Positions 37,713-47,485 are shown, numbered from the stretch's first letter. The stretch: 64,000 nucleotides of DNA from an uncultured Woeseiaceae bacterium (GCA_964569695.1 CAZMUA010000016.1:5270-69269); one strand, 5' to 3'. Program-made: numbers and translations. The notes: generated by a model from the letters alone, not told the origin.

Positions 37713-39398
37713 ATGCGCACAGGAGCAGAGAGCACTTGGCGAGTAACGTGGCGTAAACCATTCGTACGCCGACTCGCTCTGCTCGGCGCCTTACTCCTGA
37801 TAGTCGCTGGTTCGATGTTGCTGAAGTCTGGGACTATTGCCTTTTGGCAGGTTGCTAGTGGAACGGGACGCCTAGTGATGACGATTGTCGACGATACATC
37901 AGGAGTCTCTACTCCGGTTCGCATTCGGTTGACCAATGCGCAGGGTGAACCTGTCGTCCCGCCGGATAACGCACTCGCCGTGATGTGGGGCCGGTTCGAT
38001 GCGGCAGAGAATTTCGCCTCGTTACCAAATGGTGACTTTTACACGGAAGGTGCGTTTGAGTTAACCCTGCCGGCCGGGATCTATCAGTTAAGGATCTCGA
38101 AAGGGTATGAGTACCTCGAACAGGAACACGAGGTCGTCATTGCGGCGGACGAAGAGGTCTTGGAAACCTACCGGATGGCGCGTTGGGTAGATATGCCGTC
38201 CCGTGGTTGGGTATCAGCGGACGATCACATTCATCTTCGACGGTCGCCACGGGATAACCCGGCCATTCTTGGGTGGATTGCGGCTGAGGATCTGCAGGTA
38301 GGCACTCTCCTCCAGATGGGTGACTTTTGGGCGACGTATTACTCACAGTATGCGTGGGGCCTCGATGGGGTCTATCACGTGGAAGACCGCTTATTGGCGT
38401 CTGGGCAGGAAGACCCTCGGACGCACGAGCGGGGACACACGATCTCATTAGCTGCTGATGACTTCGTACGCCTCGAGGATCCTGCACTCAGCCAGGGTCC
38501 GAGTGGGTACTATTATTATGATCAAGTGTTTGACCGGATTCATGAACTGGGTGGTATGACAGGCTATGCGCACCAAGCCGTCACATTTCATGGCTATCGT
38601 GGTCTGACGCTCGACGTCCTTCGCGATAAAGTCGACTTCTTGGAATTGTTGCAGTTCTGCGCGGCAGACGGGCCTCTCCATACGGACCATTATTATCATT
38701 TCCTCAATCTTGGGTTTGAATTGACCGCAACTGCCGGATCAGATTTTCCTTGGTGTGGTCGGTCTCCGAATAGTGCCGACCCGCGAATCGGCGACGCTCG
38801 CTTTTACGCCTACGTTGGTGATGAGTTCACTTTTGAGACTTGGCGCGAGAGCGTGCGTGACGGGCACACCTTTGTTACCAGTGGTCCGATCGTTGAATTG
38901 ACGGTCAATGAAGCAATGCCTGGTGACCGGGTTGATATCGAATCGGGGTCGGCGCTCAGAATTACTGCGCGCGCTCAAGGGCACGCCACGCAGATTCCAT
39001 TGGAGGAGCTTGAGATTGTGGCTCATGGAGTAGTCATCGAATCGGTGTCAGCTCGCGATCCGAATCAGTCGTCAGAACGTCTTGCGGTGACCATGAGTCT
39101 CCCGGTGGATCACGGTGTCTGGATTGCCGCCCGCACGAGAGCTGGCCCGACGCAAATAGCGCATTCAACGCCAGTGTATGTGACCGTGTCAGGTTCGGGC
39201 TTTCACAGTCCTGACACGCTTGAGGAATATCTTGATTTAAGCGGGCAGTATCTCGATGAACTACAGGAAGAAATTGCTCAGCCGAACGACTCACTCGACC
39301 ATCTAGCTTGGCGAGATCGTGACGGCCTGGAAGAACAGATTGCCGAAACCCGAGAGGTGATTGCAAAACTTCGGCGGGAACTCGGCGACGGAGAATAA
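37713..39398 (+). CDS. Membrane-anchored putative metal-dependent hydrolase (PHP/CehA-like) with an N-terminal beta-sandwich and a C-terminal coiled coil
   Basis: RBS AGGAGG. One N-terminal TM segment. GWVSADDHIHLRRSP, GYAHQ and AGSDFP look like PHP-type metal ligands. The family call is tentative. Confidence 0.4.
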   Translation: MRTGAESTWRVTWRKPFVRRLALLGALLLIVAGSMLLKSGTIAFWQVASGTGRLVMTIVDDTSGVSTPVRIRLTNAQGEPVVPPDNALAVMWGRFDAAENFASLPNGDFYTEGAFELTLPAGIYQLRISKGYEYLEQEHEVVIAADEEVLETYRMARWVDMPSRGWVSADDHIHLRRSPRDNPAILGWIAAEDLQVGTLLQMGDFWATYYSQYAWGLDGVYHVEDRLLASGQEDPRTHERGHTISLAADDFVRLEDPALSQGPSGYYYYDQVFDRIHELGGMTGYAHQAVTFHGYRGLTLDVLRDKVDFLELLQFCAADGPLHTDHYYHFLNLGFELTATAGSDFPWCGRSPNSADPRIGDARFYAYVGDEFTFETWRESVRDGHTFVTSGPIVELTVNEAMPGDRVDIESGSALRITARAQGHATQIPLEELEIVAHGVVIESVSARDPNQSSERLAVTMSLPVDHGVWIAARTRAGPTQIAHSTPVYVTVSGSGFHSPDTLEEYLDLSGQYLDELQEEIAQPNDSLDHLAWRDRDGLEEQIAETREVIAKLRRELGDGE

Positions 39399-39441
39399 TT
39401 TGGTGCGTCGAATTACGTTCGCGAGGCATTAAAGGTGGCGC

Positions 39442-40347
39442 ATGGAACCTGACACAAGACATTTCGGTATCCTGTCAAAAGTTGCTTTCCCGGCGACGAT
39501 GCTAGGTGCTTTTACCGTGAATACCACGCTAGTCTCGATGGGATGGTCGATTCTGGGAGCTTCGTATGTTGCGGTCGTGTTGGCGGCAGCTGCCGTCACG
39601 TGTTTTGAGTTCGTCATTCCCTATGACAAATCCTGGCAACCGCGGTGGACCGATGTAAAGAATGACCTATTGTTCATGGTTACGATTCAGATGGTACTCC
39701 CGCAACTGCTCGGATTGGTGGCGGCATTGACGGCACTTGGATACTTCGAGTCTCTCGATTGGTCGTTCAAGCAAATGTGGCCTAGCCAGTTGCCGTTGAT
39801 TCTTCAAGTAGCTTTGATGCTTTTGACCGCCGAACTGTTTCGGTACCCGCTGCACGTCGCGGCGCATAACACTAAAACCCTGTGGCGACTTCACGCAGTG
39901 CATCATTCACCCAAGAAGCTCTACTGGCTCAATGTTGGGCGGTTTCATCCTGTCGAAAAAGCACTGCAGTATTCGCTCGACACTCTGCCGTTTATGTTGG
40001 TTGGAGTCGGTGGGGATGTTGTTGCTCTCTATTTTCTCTTCTATGCAATCAACGGCTTTTACCAGCATTCCAATGTCGATGTCTGTTACGGGCCTCTCAA
40101 TTATTTAGTGAGTGGACCTGAATTGCATCGTTGGCACCATTCGAAGCTGGTGGATGAATCGAATCGCAACTACGGTAACAACCTGATTGTCTGGGACCTT
40201 CTGTTTGGCACTTGGTTCTTACCAAAACGTATGCGGGTCGGCGAGTTAGGTCTCTTTAATCGTGATTACCCATTGGACTTTGTCGGTCAGATGACGGCAC
40301 CCCTAACCCCAGGTCTTGACAAGCAGTCACCACCTCATGGTCGCTAA
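39442..40347 (+). CDS. Fatty-acid hydroxylase / sterol desaturase superfamily membrane di-iron enzyme
   Basis: N-terminal TM helices. Three His boxes: HVAAH, HAVHH, HRWHH. Confidence 0.8.
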   Translation: MEPDTRHFGILSKVAFPATMLGAFTVNTTLVSMGWSILGASYVAVVLAAAAVTCFEFVIPYDKSWQPRWTDVKNDLLFMVTIQMVLPQLLGLVAALTALGYFESLDWSFKQMWPSQLPLILQVALMLLTAELFRYPLHVAAHNTKTLWRLHAVHHSPKKLYWLNVGRFHPVEKALQYSLDTLPFMLVGVGGDVVALYFLFYAINGFYQHSNVDVCYGPLNYLVSGPELHRWHHSKLVDESNRNYGNNLIVWDLLFGTWFLPKRMRVGELGLFNRDYPLDFVGQMTAPLTPGLDKQSPPHGR

Positions 40348-40378
40348 TACTTTGCTCAATTGTGCACTCTGGGTGCGC

Positions 40379-42028
40379 ATGCAAATCCTTCGGTGGACTC
40401 ATTGGCGACCGTTCGTGCACGCGGCCAAACATCCGGGACAGATTCAGCGAACGTTGTTGCAGCAACTGTTGCGTCGTAACACTACGACGAGATTTGGGCG
40501 TGAGCATCGCCTAAACACAGTGAGAAGCTACGATGACTTTATCGGCGCAGTTCCGGTGCAAACTTATGAAACCCTACGCCCCTATATTGAGGACCAAGAG
40601 CAGACGGGCGAACCGGCGCTCAATATTGCGCAGCCGGTTATGTATGCGAAGACGAGTGGAACGACTGGGCAAGCGAAGTTGATTCCAATACTGCCGGCAA
40701 CCCTCCAGGAACATAAGCGAAGCCAAGCCATCCAATCCTACGTGCAGTTTACGACCGAGCCGCGGGCCTACTATGGACGCTGCGTCGCAATCGTCAGTCC
40801 GGCTGAAGAAGGAACGCTCGACACTGGCACGCCGTATGGATCCACCTCGGGGTTCATGTACCAGAACATGCCGAGACTCGCCAAGGTGAAGTACGTGTTG
40901 CCCTATCAGGTGTTTGAGATCGAAGACTATGACCTCAAGTATCTTCTTATTTTGCGACTGGGTGTTGCATACCGTGATGTGACGCATCTCGCGTGCGCGA
41001 ATCCATCTACCTTGGTTAAGCTGCTTGCGGTTCTTGTAGCCAATCGCACTTCATTGTTGCGCGACATCACGCAGCAGACATTTTCTCGAATCGACGAACT
41101 GCCGGTCGACGTGCAGGCTGTCATTCGTCGACGGTTGGCGTGCATGCCGCGCCGCGTCGCCGAACTGCAGACGATTCTCACGTTGCCAGAGCCGACATTC
41201 GCCGATCTTTGGCCAGAGTTGCAGATGGTCTCTACCTGGACTGGAGGAAGTTGTGGGATTCCGCTGGCACGTGTGCGTCCAACCCTCCCACCGACTGCAC
41301 GCGTGGCCGAGTTGGGTTATTTAGCGAGTGAACTCCGAGGAACATTGATGGTTGACTTGAAGCGGAATATTGGCATTCCAACCATCCATGAAAACTTTTT
41401 CGAGTTTGTAGAACGCGACGATTGGGATGCGGGTCGTCAGGTGTTCCTTACGATTGATCAACTCACAGAGGGCAAGGAGTACTATATTTTTCCAACGACC
41501 GCGACTGGCCTCTATCGCTATTTTATGAATGATATCGTGCGCGTCACCGGGCTGTTTTACAACACGCCGACGATTGAGTTTGTGCAAAAAGGGAAGGGCG
41601 TTACGAATATTACAGGGGAAAAACTGTATGAAAGTCAGGTGATTTCTGCGGTACGTGCCACTGAAAATACTACTGGGTTCGTGTCAGGATTTTTTCTTAT
41701 GTTCGCCGATGCTGTTCAAGAACGTTATCGCCTCGTGGTCGAATGTGCCACGCCGACTGATAACTGGATACAGCAAACAGTGGAATCGGTTGAACGGCAC
41801 CTTATGGCCGGTAACGTCGAATATGCAGCCAAGCGGGCGAGTGGACGCCTGCAGCCACTGGAACTGCTTCCAGTCCGATCCGGAACGGGCGACGCGTATA
41901 AACAGGATTGTCTCAAGCAGGGACAGCGGGAAGGGCAATTTAAGCTGATCGCTCTCCAGTATCAGGCCGACTGCCAGTTTCCTTTCGCTGAGTTCCGGGC
42001 GGACTTAACTACACCCTCGGTAGACTAG
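40379..42028 (+). CDS. GH3-family ATP-dependent acyl-acid amido synthetase homologue
   Basis: N-terminal FG....SYDDF...VPVQTYE.L.PYI followed by YAKTSGTTGQAKLIP. Length ~550 aa. The start is ambiguous: the alternative at 40316 would overlap the upstream gene. Confidence 0.85.
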   Translation: MQILRWTHWRPFVHAAKHPGQIQRTLLQQLLRRNTTTRFGREHRLNTVRSYDDFIGAVPVQTYETLRPYIEDQEQTGEPALNIAQPVMYAKTSGTTGQAKLIPILPATLQEHKRSQAIQSYVQFTTEPRAYYGRCVAIVSPAEEGTLDTGTPYGSTSGFMYQNMPRLAKVKYVLPYQVFEIEDYDLKYLLILRLGVAYRDVTHLACANPSTLVKLLAVLVANRTSLLRDITQQTFSRIDELPVDVQAVIRRRLACMPRRVAELQTILTLPEPTFADLWPELQMVSTWTGGSCGIPLARVRPTLPPTARVAELGYLASELRGTLMVDLKRNIGIPTIHENFFEFVERDDWDAGRQVFLTIDQLTEGKEYYIFPTTATGLYRYFMNDIVRVTGLFYNTPTIEFVQKGKGVTNITGEKLYESQVISAVRATENTTGFVSGFFLMFADAVQERYRLVVECATPTDNWIQQTVESVERHLMAGNVEYAAKRASGRLQPLELLPVRSGTGDAYKQDCLKQGQREGQFKLIALQYQADCQFPFAEFRADLTTPSVD

Positions 42029-43155
42029 TGATGCACCTTGCTCTCTTTCGAGTCGAGATTCCCTTTACGACGACCTTTACCCATAAGTCGGCTAGCCGTG
42101 CTGCGACCCAGAGCGTCTGGGTTGTCGCGCAGACTGGGGAGTTCATTGGCGTTGGCGAAGGGTGTCCCCGTGAGTACGTTACGGGAGAAAGTCTCGTGTC
42201 GGTGCAAGCATTTTTCGAGGAACATTGTGAGTCCCTTTGTCGCACGGTCCAGTCCGTTGCGGACTTGCGTACATGGGTGGACACTCATACGGCAATCATT
42301 GATGTGAACCCGGCAGCCTGGTGCGCGATGGAATTGGCGATGCTGGAAATGTTTGCGCGCCGCGAGGGGGTACCAGTCGAGCACGTCTTGGACTTGCCGA
42401 TTACGACAGGAGTCTTTAAATATTCCGCGATCGTGAGCGATAGCGAGACCAAACAGTTTCGGAGCACGGTCGCACGGTATCGGGCGATGGGGTTCGTCGA
42501 TTTTAAATTAAAACTTTCTGACGACCTGAATCACAACCACGAGAAGATTGAGAGTATGCGGACGGAGCATGAACAAACACCACTCCGGATTCGAGTTGAT
42601 GCGAACAACCTCTGGGACGATGTCGACACGGCGGTGCGAGATCTGAGAGAGTTGGCATGGGATTTCGTCGGTATTGAGGAGCCACTGTCGCCAAACGCGT
42701 TTGGCGACATGCGCAAGATATCGGAGTGTATGGGTTCCCCGATCATTCTGGACGAAAGCTGCCTGCGGGTCGACCAGGTCGCGGCGCTTGCTCGGGATGC
42801 GGAGCGATGGATCATCAATGTGCGTGTGTCCAAGATGGGCGGGCTGTTCCGGTCACTGGCAGTGGTGCAAGCCGCAGGCCAAACCGGCATTCCCGTGATT
42901 GTGGGTGCGCAGGTTGGTGAGACCAGCGTCCTTACACGGGCCGCGCTGATCGTGGCGCGAGCGGCTGGGTCCAATCTCGTGGCGCAAGAAGGAGCCTTTG
43001 GAACGCATCTGCTTCAGACGGACGTCGCGAACCCAGTCCTTATGTTTGGCGAAAGCGGTATCCTCAAGGCTGACGAGTATGGTTTCGCTACCGCCAGCGG
43101 GTGGGGACTCACGTTGCGGCCGACACAAGACTTTGCCGTGAGTTTGTCTGAATGA
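42028..43155 (+). CDS. Enolase-superfamily enzyme, muconate-lactonizing-enzyme subgroup (racemase/epimerase/OSBS-like)
   Basis: KxK DFKLKLS. Metal ligands RVDANN, IEEPL, ILDES. Second catalytic Lys VSKMGG. The GTG at 42028 overlaps the GH3 TAG stop (TAGTG); an ATG at 42031 is the alternative start. Confidence 0.85.
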   Translation: MMHLALFRVEIPFTTTFTHKSASRAATQSVWVVAQTGEFIGVGEGCPREYVTGESLVSVQAFFEEHCESLCRTVQSVADLRTWVDTHTAIIDVNPAAWCAMELAMLEMFARREGVPVEHVLDLPITTGVFKYSAIVSDSETKQFRSTVARYRAMGFVDFKLKLSDDLNHNHEKIESMRTEHEQTPLRIRVDANNLWDDVDTAVRDLRELAWDFVGIEEPLSPNAFGDMRKISECMGSPIILDESCLRVDQVAALARDAERWIINVRVSKMGGLFRSLAVVQAAGQTGIPVIVGAQVGETSVLTRAALIVARAAGSNLVAQEGAFGTHLLQTDVANPVLMFGESGILKADEYGFATASGWGLTLRPTQDFAVSLSE

Positions 43156-43294
43156 CCAACTCAGACGACCGCTGGAGTCATCTTGAAATCCTTGAATGCC
43201 AGCGGTACAGTGCTGAGTGGTCATCGTGGCCGGAGAGCATTGTGCCAACACTGGCTGAACAGTCGCCTAACAGTCGAGCAGCATTTCCAGTCGA

Positions 43295-45280
43295 GTGTGT
43301 CGGAGTCGGGACGAGATAGTGACGAACTGGCACTGGCCCGGATGGATACGTTTCGGCGGGTTCGTCGTGTTGGCGGGTGTTTCTGCGATTACCCTGTACG
43401 CACGCACCTACCAAACCTTTGATCGGGTTCGGGTGCCAGTCATCACCGGCGAGCATCTGCCGGCCGATGGCCTCTTAACCGTATCCCTTCCGGAGGCCCC
43501 AGGCCTCACCGGCCGGCCCACGGCAATCATTGTCCGGTTGCTGAACGCGGCGCGTTCTAGTCGCACCATCACGATTACTTTGAATGAGACAGATCTAACG
43601 CGCGTTGATCTTCGACCAGCGGAGACACGACGGATTGACCTCAGTGTACCCACCGGTGTTGAGTCGGGCGACATGCTTGAGTTGCGTGGTGATGGATCGG
43701 GTTGGGTGCTCTCCGACTTGGAAATCGGCACCGCGCACGGATTTTCTCATGGCCTGTTCAGCCTGGTCATTGTGCCAGGGATCGTAAATCACTACGAATC
43801 CGTTTCCACACTCGGAGCGATGGGCCTATTTGTGGGACTGCTGGTCTTGTCCTGTACTTTGTTCCGCTTCGAAACGCGGGCTTTTGTTCGACGCCTTGAG
43901 ACGAGTCTGATCAGCATTATCGTCGCCTTCTTTTGTCTTATCTGGCTTATCCCGACTGTGTCACCGTACAAGGTTCTGCTTTCCTGGAGTGCGTTGCTCA
44001 TCTGTTTGGGCGTCTTGTATTTACCGGTCGTGATCCCGGGTGTGCAGCGACTGTGGCGCGGGTGCGTGACCCTGTGGCACCTCATGCTCAATTTTTATCA
44101 TGCCAGGAAAAGCAGTCTGACACGGATTGGTCTCAGGACACTCTGTGGTGGTTTGGTTGCACTCTTTCTTGTTTCGGTGAGTGGCTTTTACGCGACCGAG
44201 ACCGGATTTACTTCCCTCATCTTGTTTGGAGAGCGGTACGAGGCGCAGGCATTACCAACGGTAAAAGCCTTGCCGCACTATGTGGACTCATCGCCGGGTT
44301 ACGACGGACAGTTTTATGCGCAGTTAGCCTTGGATCCTTTCTTCCAAGATCCGTTCATTGAACGCGCGATTGACACGTTTTCGTATCGTGCGCCCCGCAT
44401 TCTTTTTTCCTGGACCGCGTTTCTCTTGGGTATGGGGCAACCGTCGTGGATTTTGCAAGCCTATGCGGTCCAGAACATCCTGTACTGGTTCATCTTGGCG
44501 TGGTTGCTGCTGCGTTGGGTGCCACCGGTCACTTTTACCAATGTGTTGTTGTGGACTGGTTGTCTGTTTGGGTACGGTTTGATTTCCTCAGTGCGGCTTT
44601 CACTGTTAGCCGGCCCAAGTTTGTTGCTCTTGGTGTTGGCGATGATAGCGCTTGAGCGGGGCCGACCATGGACGGCCACGGCTGTTCTCGGGCTAGCGGG
44701 CCTTGGGCGAGAAACGAATCTACTGGCTGGCGTCGTGGTGCTCCCTCGCACTCGGCCTGGATTTCGATTGCACGATCTCTTGGTGCCCGTCGCTCGTGGC
44801 GGCGTGGTGGCAATGCCGTTCGTACTGTGGCTCGCGTACCTGTATTGGTCCGACTACGGGGTAGTGCTCTCGTCGGGAGAACACAACCTCGCGCTGCCCT
44901 TGTCGGCCATCATCACTAAGTGGCAGGTGACGCTGTTGGAAATCTGGATTAATCCTTGGTCGGAAACGTTTGCCCGCTTTAGTTTTCTTACTTTACTCAG
45001 CTTAACGATCCAAGCGATCTTTCTCCTCTGGCAGCGCGATTGGACGTCACCGTGGTGGCGGGTGGGCGTTGCGTATGTGGGTCTGATGTGCATTTTGGGT
45101 CCAGCCGTGTGGGACGGGCATCAATTTGCGGCGAGTCGTGTGTTGTTGCCCATGACCGTCGCTTTTAATGTGCAACTTGCCCGGATGGGAGGTCTCTGGC
45201 CACTGGCCGTCCTTGGTAATGTCTCCGTGGTCGCTGGGTTGGAAACGCTCCGCGTGCCATGGCTATGGCACTATCTCTGA
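43295..45280 (+). CDS. Polytopic integral membrane protein of unknown function (more than 10 TM segments, ~150-aa extracytoplasmic N-terminal domain)
   Basis: Long hydrophobic repeats. Conserved-looking loop GYDGQFYAQLALDPF. I recognise no catalytic family with confidence. Confidence 0.5.
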   Translation: MCRSRDEIVTNWHWPGWIRFGGFVVLAGVSAITLYARTYQTFDRVRVPVITGEHLPADGLLTVSLPEAPGLTGRPTAIIVRLLNAARSSRTITITLNETDLTRVDLRPAETRRIDLSVPTGVESGDMLELRGDGSGWVLSDLEIGTAHGFSHGLFSLVIVPGIVNHYESVSTLGAMGLFVGLLVLSCTLFRFETRAFVRRLETSLISIIVAFFCLIWLIPTVSPYKVLLSWSALLICLGVLYLPVVIPGVQRLWRGCVTLWHLMLNFYHARKSSLTRIGLRTLCGGLVALFLVSVSGFYATETGFTSLILFGERYEAQALPTVKALPHYVDSSPGYDGQFYAQLALDPFFQDPFIERAIDTFSYRAPRILFSWTAFLLGMGQPSWILQAYAVQNILYWFILAWLLLRWVPPVTFTNVLLWTGCLFGYGLISSVRLSLLAGPSLLLLVLAMIALERGRPWTATAVLGLAGLGRETNLLAGVVVLPRTRPGFRLHDLLVPVARGGVVAMPFVLWLAYLYWSDYGVVLSSGEHNLALPLSAIITKWQVTLLEIWINPWSETFARFSFLTLLSLTIQAIFLLWQRDWTSPWWRVGVAYVGLMCILGPAVWDGHQFAASRVLLPMTVAFNVQLARMGGLWPLAVLGNVSVVAGLETLRVPWLWHYL

Positions 45281-45342
45281 GCAATGAGGTGCGTTAGTAT
45301 CAGAACGGCACACCGCATGATTCCAAGGAGGATGTTTGACTG

Positions 45343-46227
45343 ATGACGACGAAACAGAATATTGACCCTCGAATCTTTGAACTCTATGACGAGTACTGCC
45401 ATGGGCACATCGAGCGGCGCGAATTTCTTCACCGTGCGGCGGTGATGACCGTTGGTGGTGTATCCGCGCTCTGGATGGCAGAAGCCTTACTCCCTCGATA
45501 TGCCGAAGCGCAGACGATTTCGTTTACTGACTCGCGGATGAAGGGAACCTATGTTGAGTATCCGTCGCCCGGTGGTACTTCGGGCACGATGCGGGGGTAT
45601 CTGGTGCAGCCGACGAGTGAGGGACCGCATCCGGCTGTCATGGTTATTCATGAGAACCGTGGTCTGAATCCGCACATCGAAGATGTTGCACGTCGGGCAG
45701 CGGTGGCTGGTTTTCTGGCACTTGCGCCAGATGGCTTGTCGCCTGTCGGAGGGTACCCTGGCAATGATGATGATGGGCGGACATTGCAGCGAAGTCTCGA
45801 TCCGGCACAACTAGATCAGGACATGGTAAATAGTGCACGGTATCTCAAGGACCACGATCTCTCCACGGGTCGTCTTGGGGCGACAGGTTTTTGCTGGGGT
45901 GGCGGGATGACGAACCGTCTCGCGGTGACCCTTGGTCGTGACTTGGCCGCTGGCGTACCATTTTATGGATCCACTGCGCCGAGTGACGAGGTGTCGAAGA
46001 TCACGGCAGCTTTGATGATCATTTATGCTGGCACCGACCCTCGGATCAATGCGATGTGGCCCGAGTATGAAGCCGCCCTGAAGGCTCACGGGGTGTCCTA
46101 TCAGATGCACATGTTTGAAGGGACCCTACACGGCTTCCATAACAATTCCACGCCGCGTTATAACGAAGCAGCCGCAGCACTGGCGTGGAATCGCACTGTC
46201 GGTTTCTTTCGGGAGCACTTGGCTTAA
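45343..46227 (+). CDS. Dienelactone hydrolase-family protein with a Tat-type signal
   Basis: RBS AAGGAGG. ERREFLHRAAVMTVGG. HENRGLNPHIEDVARR. Nucleophile region GFCWGG. Confidence 0.8.
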   Translation: MTTKQNIDPRIFELYDEYCHGHIERREFLHRAAVMTVGGVSALWMAEALLPRYAEAQTISFTDSRMKGTYVEYPSPGGTSGTMRGYLVQPTSEGPHPAVMVIHENRGLNPHIEDVARRAAVAGFLALAPDGLSPVGGYPGNDDDGRTLQRSLDPAQLDQDMVNSARYLKDHDLSTGRLGATGFCWGGGMTNRLAVTLGRDLAAGVPFYGSTAPSDEVSKITAALMIIYAGTDPRINAMWPEYEAALKAHGVSYQMHMFEGTLHGFHNNSTPRYNEAAAALAWNRTVGFFREHLA

Positions 46228-46291
46228 GCGTGGTTCGTTGGAAACACTTCGTTGCAGTGCCTAGCACTCAACGGTAGACTCGCAACTAATA

Positions 46292-46939
46292 ATGCACATT
46301 CTCGTACTTGCGACACTAAGTACACCACTTCTCGCGCAACCTGATCTTGAGGATTTACGTAGACGTGCGGATGAAGGGTATGTGCGGGCGCAGTACAACT
46401 TGGCCTTGATGTACGACACGGGCCAAGGAGTTCCGGAAGACAACATGGAGGCCGTGCGCTGGTATCGCAAGGCCGCGGATCAAGGGAATGTGAGAGCACA
46501 GAACAACCTTGGGGTGATGTACGACGCTGGTGAGGGCGTGCCAGAAGACAATACAGAAGCGGTGCGCTGGTATCGTATGGCTGCAGAGCAGGGGGACGCC
46601 TCGGCTCAGTACAACCTTGGGGTGATGTACGACACTGGTGAGGGCGTTCCGGAAGACGACACGGCCGCGGTGCGCTGGTATCGCGAAGCTGGGGAGCAAG
46701 GAGATGTAAGAGCGCTGCACAACTTGGGCTTGAAGTACTCCAATGGTCGAGGCGCTCCGCAGGATCGGATGTCGTCATATATGTGGTTTGACATTGTGGC
46801 GTCACGAACCACGGGAAGCTTACGACACGTTGCCATGCTCAATCGCGATCAAGAGAAGGCTTTCTTGACACCTGCCCAAGTTGCTGAAGCGCAACAACTC
46901 GCCCGAGCATGGAATGCGGCACATCCGCGCGAGCCGTAG
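46292..46939 (+). CDS. Exported Sel1-like repeat (SLR/TPR-like) protein
   Basis: Signal peptide MHILVLATLSTPLLAQ. Four consecutive 36-aa repeats of the form A..QGn..AQ.NLG.MY..GeGVPeD...AVRWY. Confidence 0.9.
   Translation: MHILVLATLSTPLLAQPDLEDLRRRADEGYVRAQYNLALMYDTGQGVPEDNMEAVRWYRKAADQGNVRAQNNLGVMYDAGEGVPEDNTEAVRWYRMAAEQGDASAQYNLGVMYDTGEGVPEDDTAAVRWYREAGEQGDVRALHNLGLKYSNGRGAPQDRMSSYMWFDIVASRTTGSLRHVAMLNRDQEKAFLTPAQVAEAQQLARAWNAAHPREP
46361..46792 (+). repeat. Four tandem 108-nt coding repeats (Sel1 units)
   Basis: The strings gcggtgcgctggtatcg and ggggtgatgtacgac recur at a 108-nt period. The repeats also create a long spurious antisense ORF. Confidence 0.85.
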
Positions 46940-47071
46940 GTGCCTCATCGGTTACATCTACTGGCAAAACGGCTCCGTTGAAGTATGCTGTTACGAGAAA
47001 GAGCCTAATCCTTATCGCAGAGAGAGAAGACGCTGCGGCAGTTGAACTGTTAACGGAACCTGACATTGGTG

Positions 47072-47485
47072 ATGACGCAGCCAGAGGAATCAAGCGCTCC
47101 AGAACCCGTGGGCGCCTATCCGCATGCACGCCGGGTAGGAAATCTGCTGTTTCTGTCTGGAATCGGTCCGCGGGTGAGAGGACAACAGGAAATTCCAGGT
47201 GTTACGCGAGATGACGATGGAAGTGTGGTTGCCCATGACATTGAAGCGCAGTGTCGGTCGGTCTTCGAGAATGTGCGTACCGTTCTAACGGAATCCGGGT
47301 CCACGTGGGAACAATTGATCGACGTGACGGTCTTTCTGACGAATATGGCGGATGACTTCGAGACGTTCAACACGGTATACGCTGAGTATTTCTCGACGAA
47401 TCAACCATGCCGCACGACGGTGGAAGTGAGTTGCTTACCTACGCCGATCGCAATCGAGCTGAAATGTATTGCTCTAGTGGACTGA
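47072..47485 (+). CDS. RidA/YjgF/Endoribonuclease L-PSP-family deaminase (possible 2-aminomuconate deaminase)
   Basis: PVGAYPHARRVGNLLFLSGIGPR...VTVFLTNMADDFETFNTVYAEYF. It ends 16 nt before the HAAO gene. The start is ambiguous (TTG 47066, GTG 47069 or ATG 47072). Confidence 0.8.
   Translation: MTQPEESSAPEPVGAYPHARRVGNLLFLSGIGPRVRGQQEIPGVTRDDDGSVVAHDIEAQCRSVFENVRTVLTESGSTWEQLIDVTVFLTNMADDFETFNTVYAEYFSTNQPCRTTVEVSCLPTPIAIELKCIALVD

Noticed and set aside
43183-43422. 79-aa ORF in the gap between the enolase-superfamily gene and the polytopic membrane gene
   Set aside because: It overlaps the start of the membrane-protein frame, has no RBS, and its composition is Arg/Ser-rich and unstructured.
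46224-46805. 193-aa minus-strand ORF with repeated RTSPQGC-like units
   Set aside because: It is an antisense artefact of the four 108-nt Sel1 coding repeats on the plus strand. The plus-strand product has a signal peptide and consensus Sel1 motifs.
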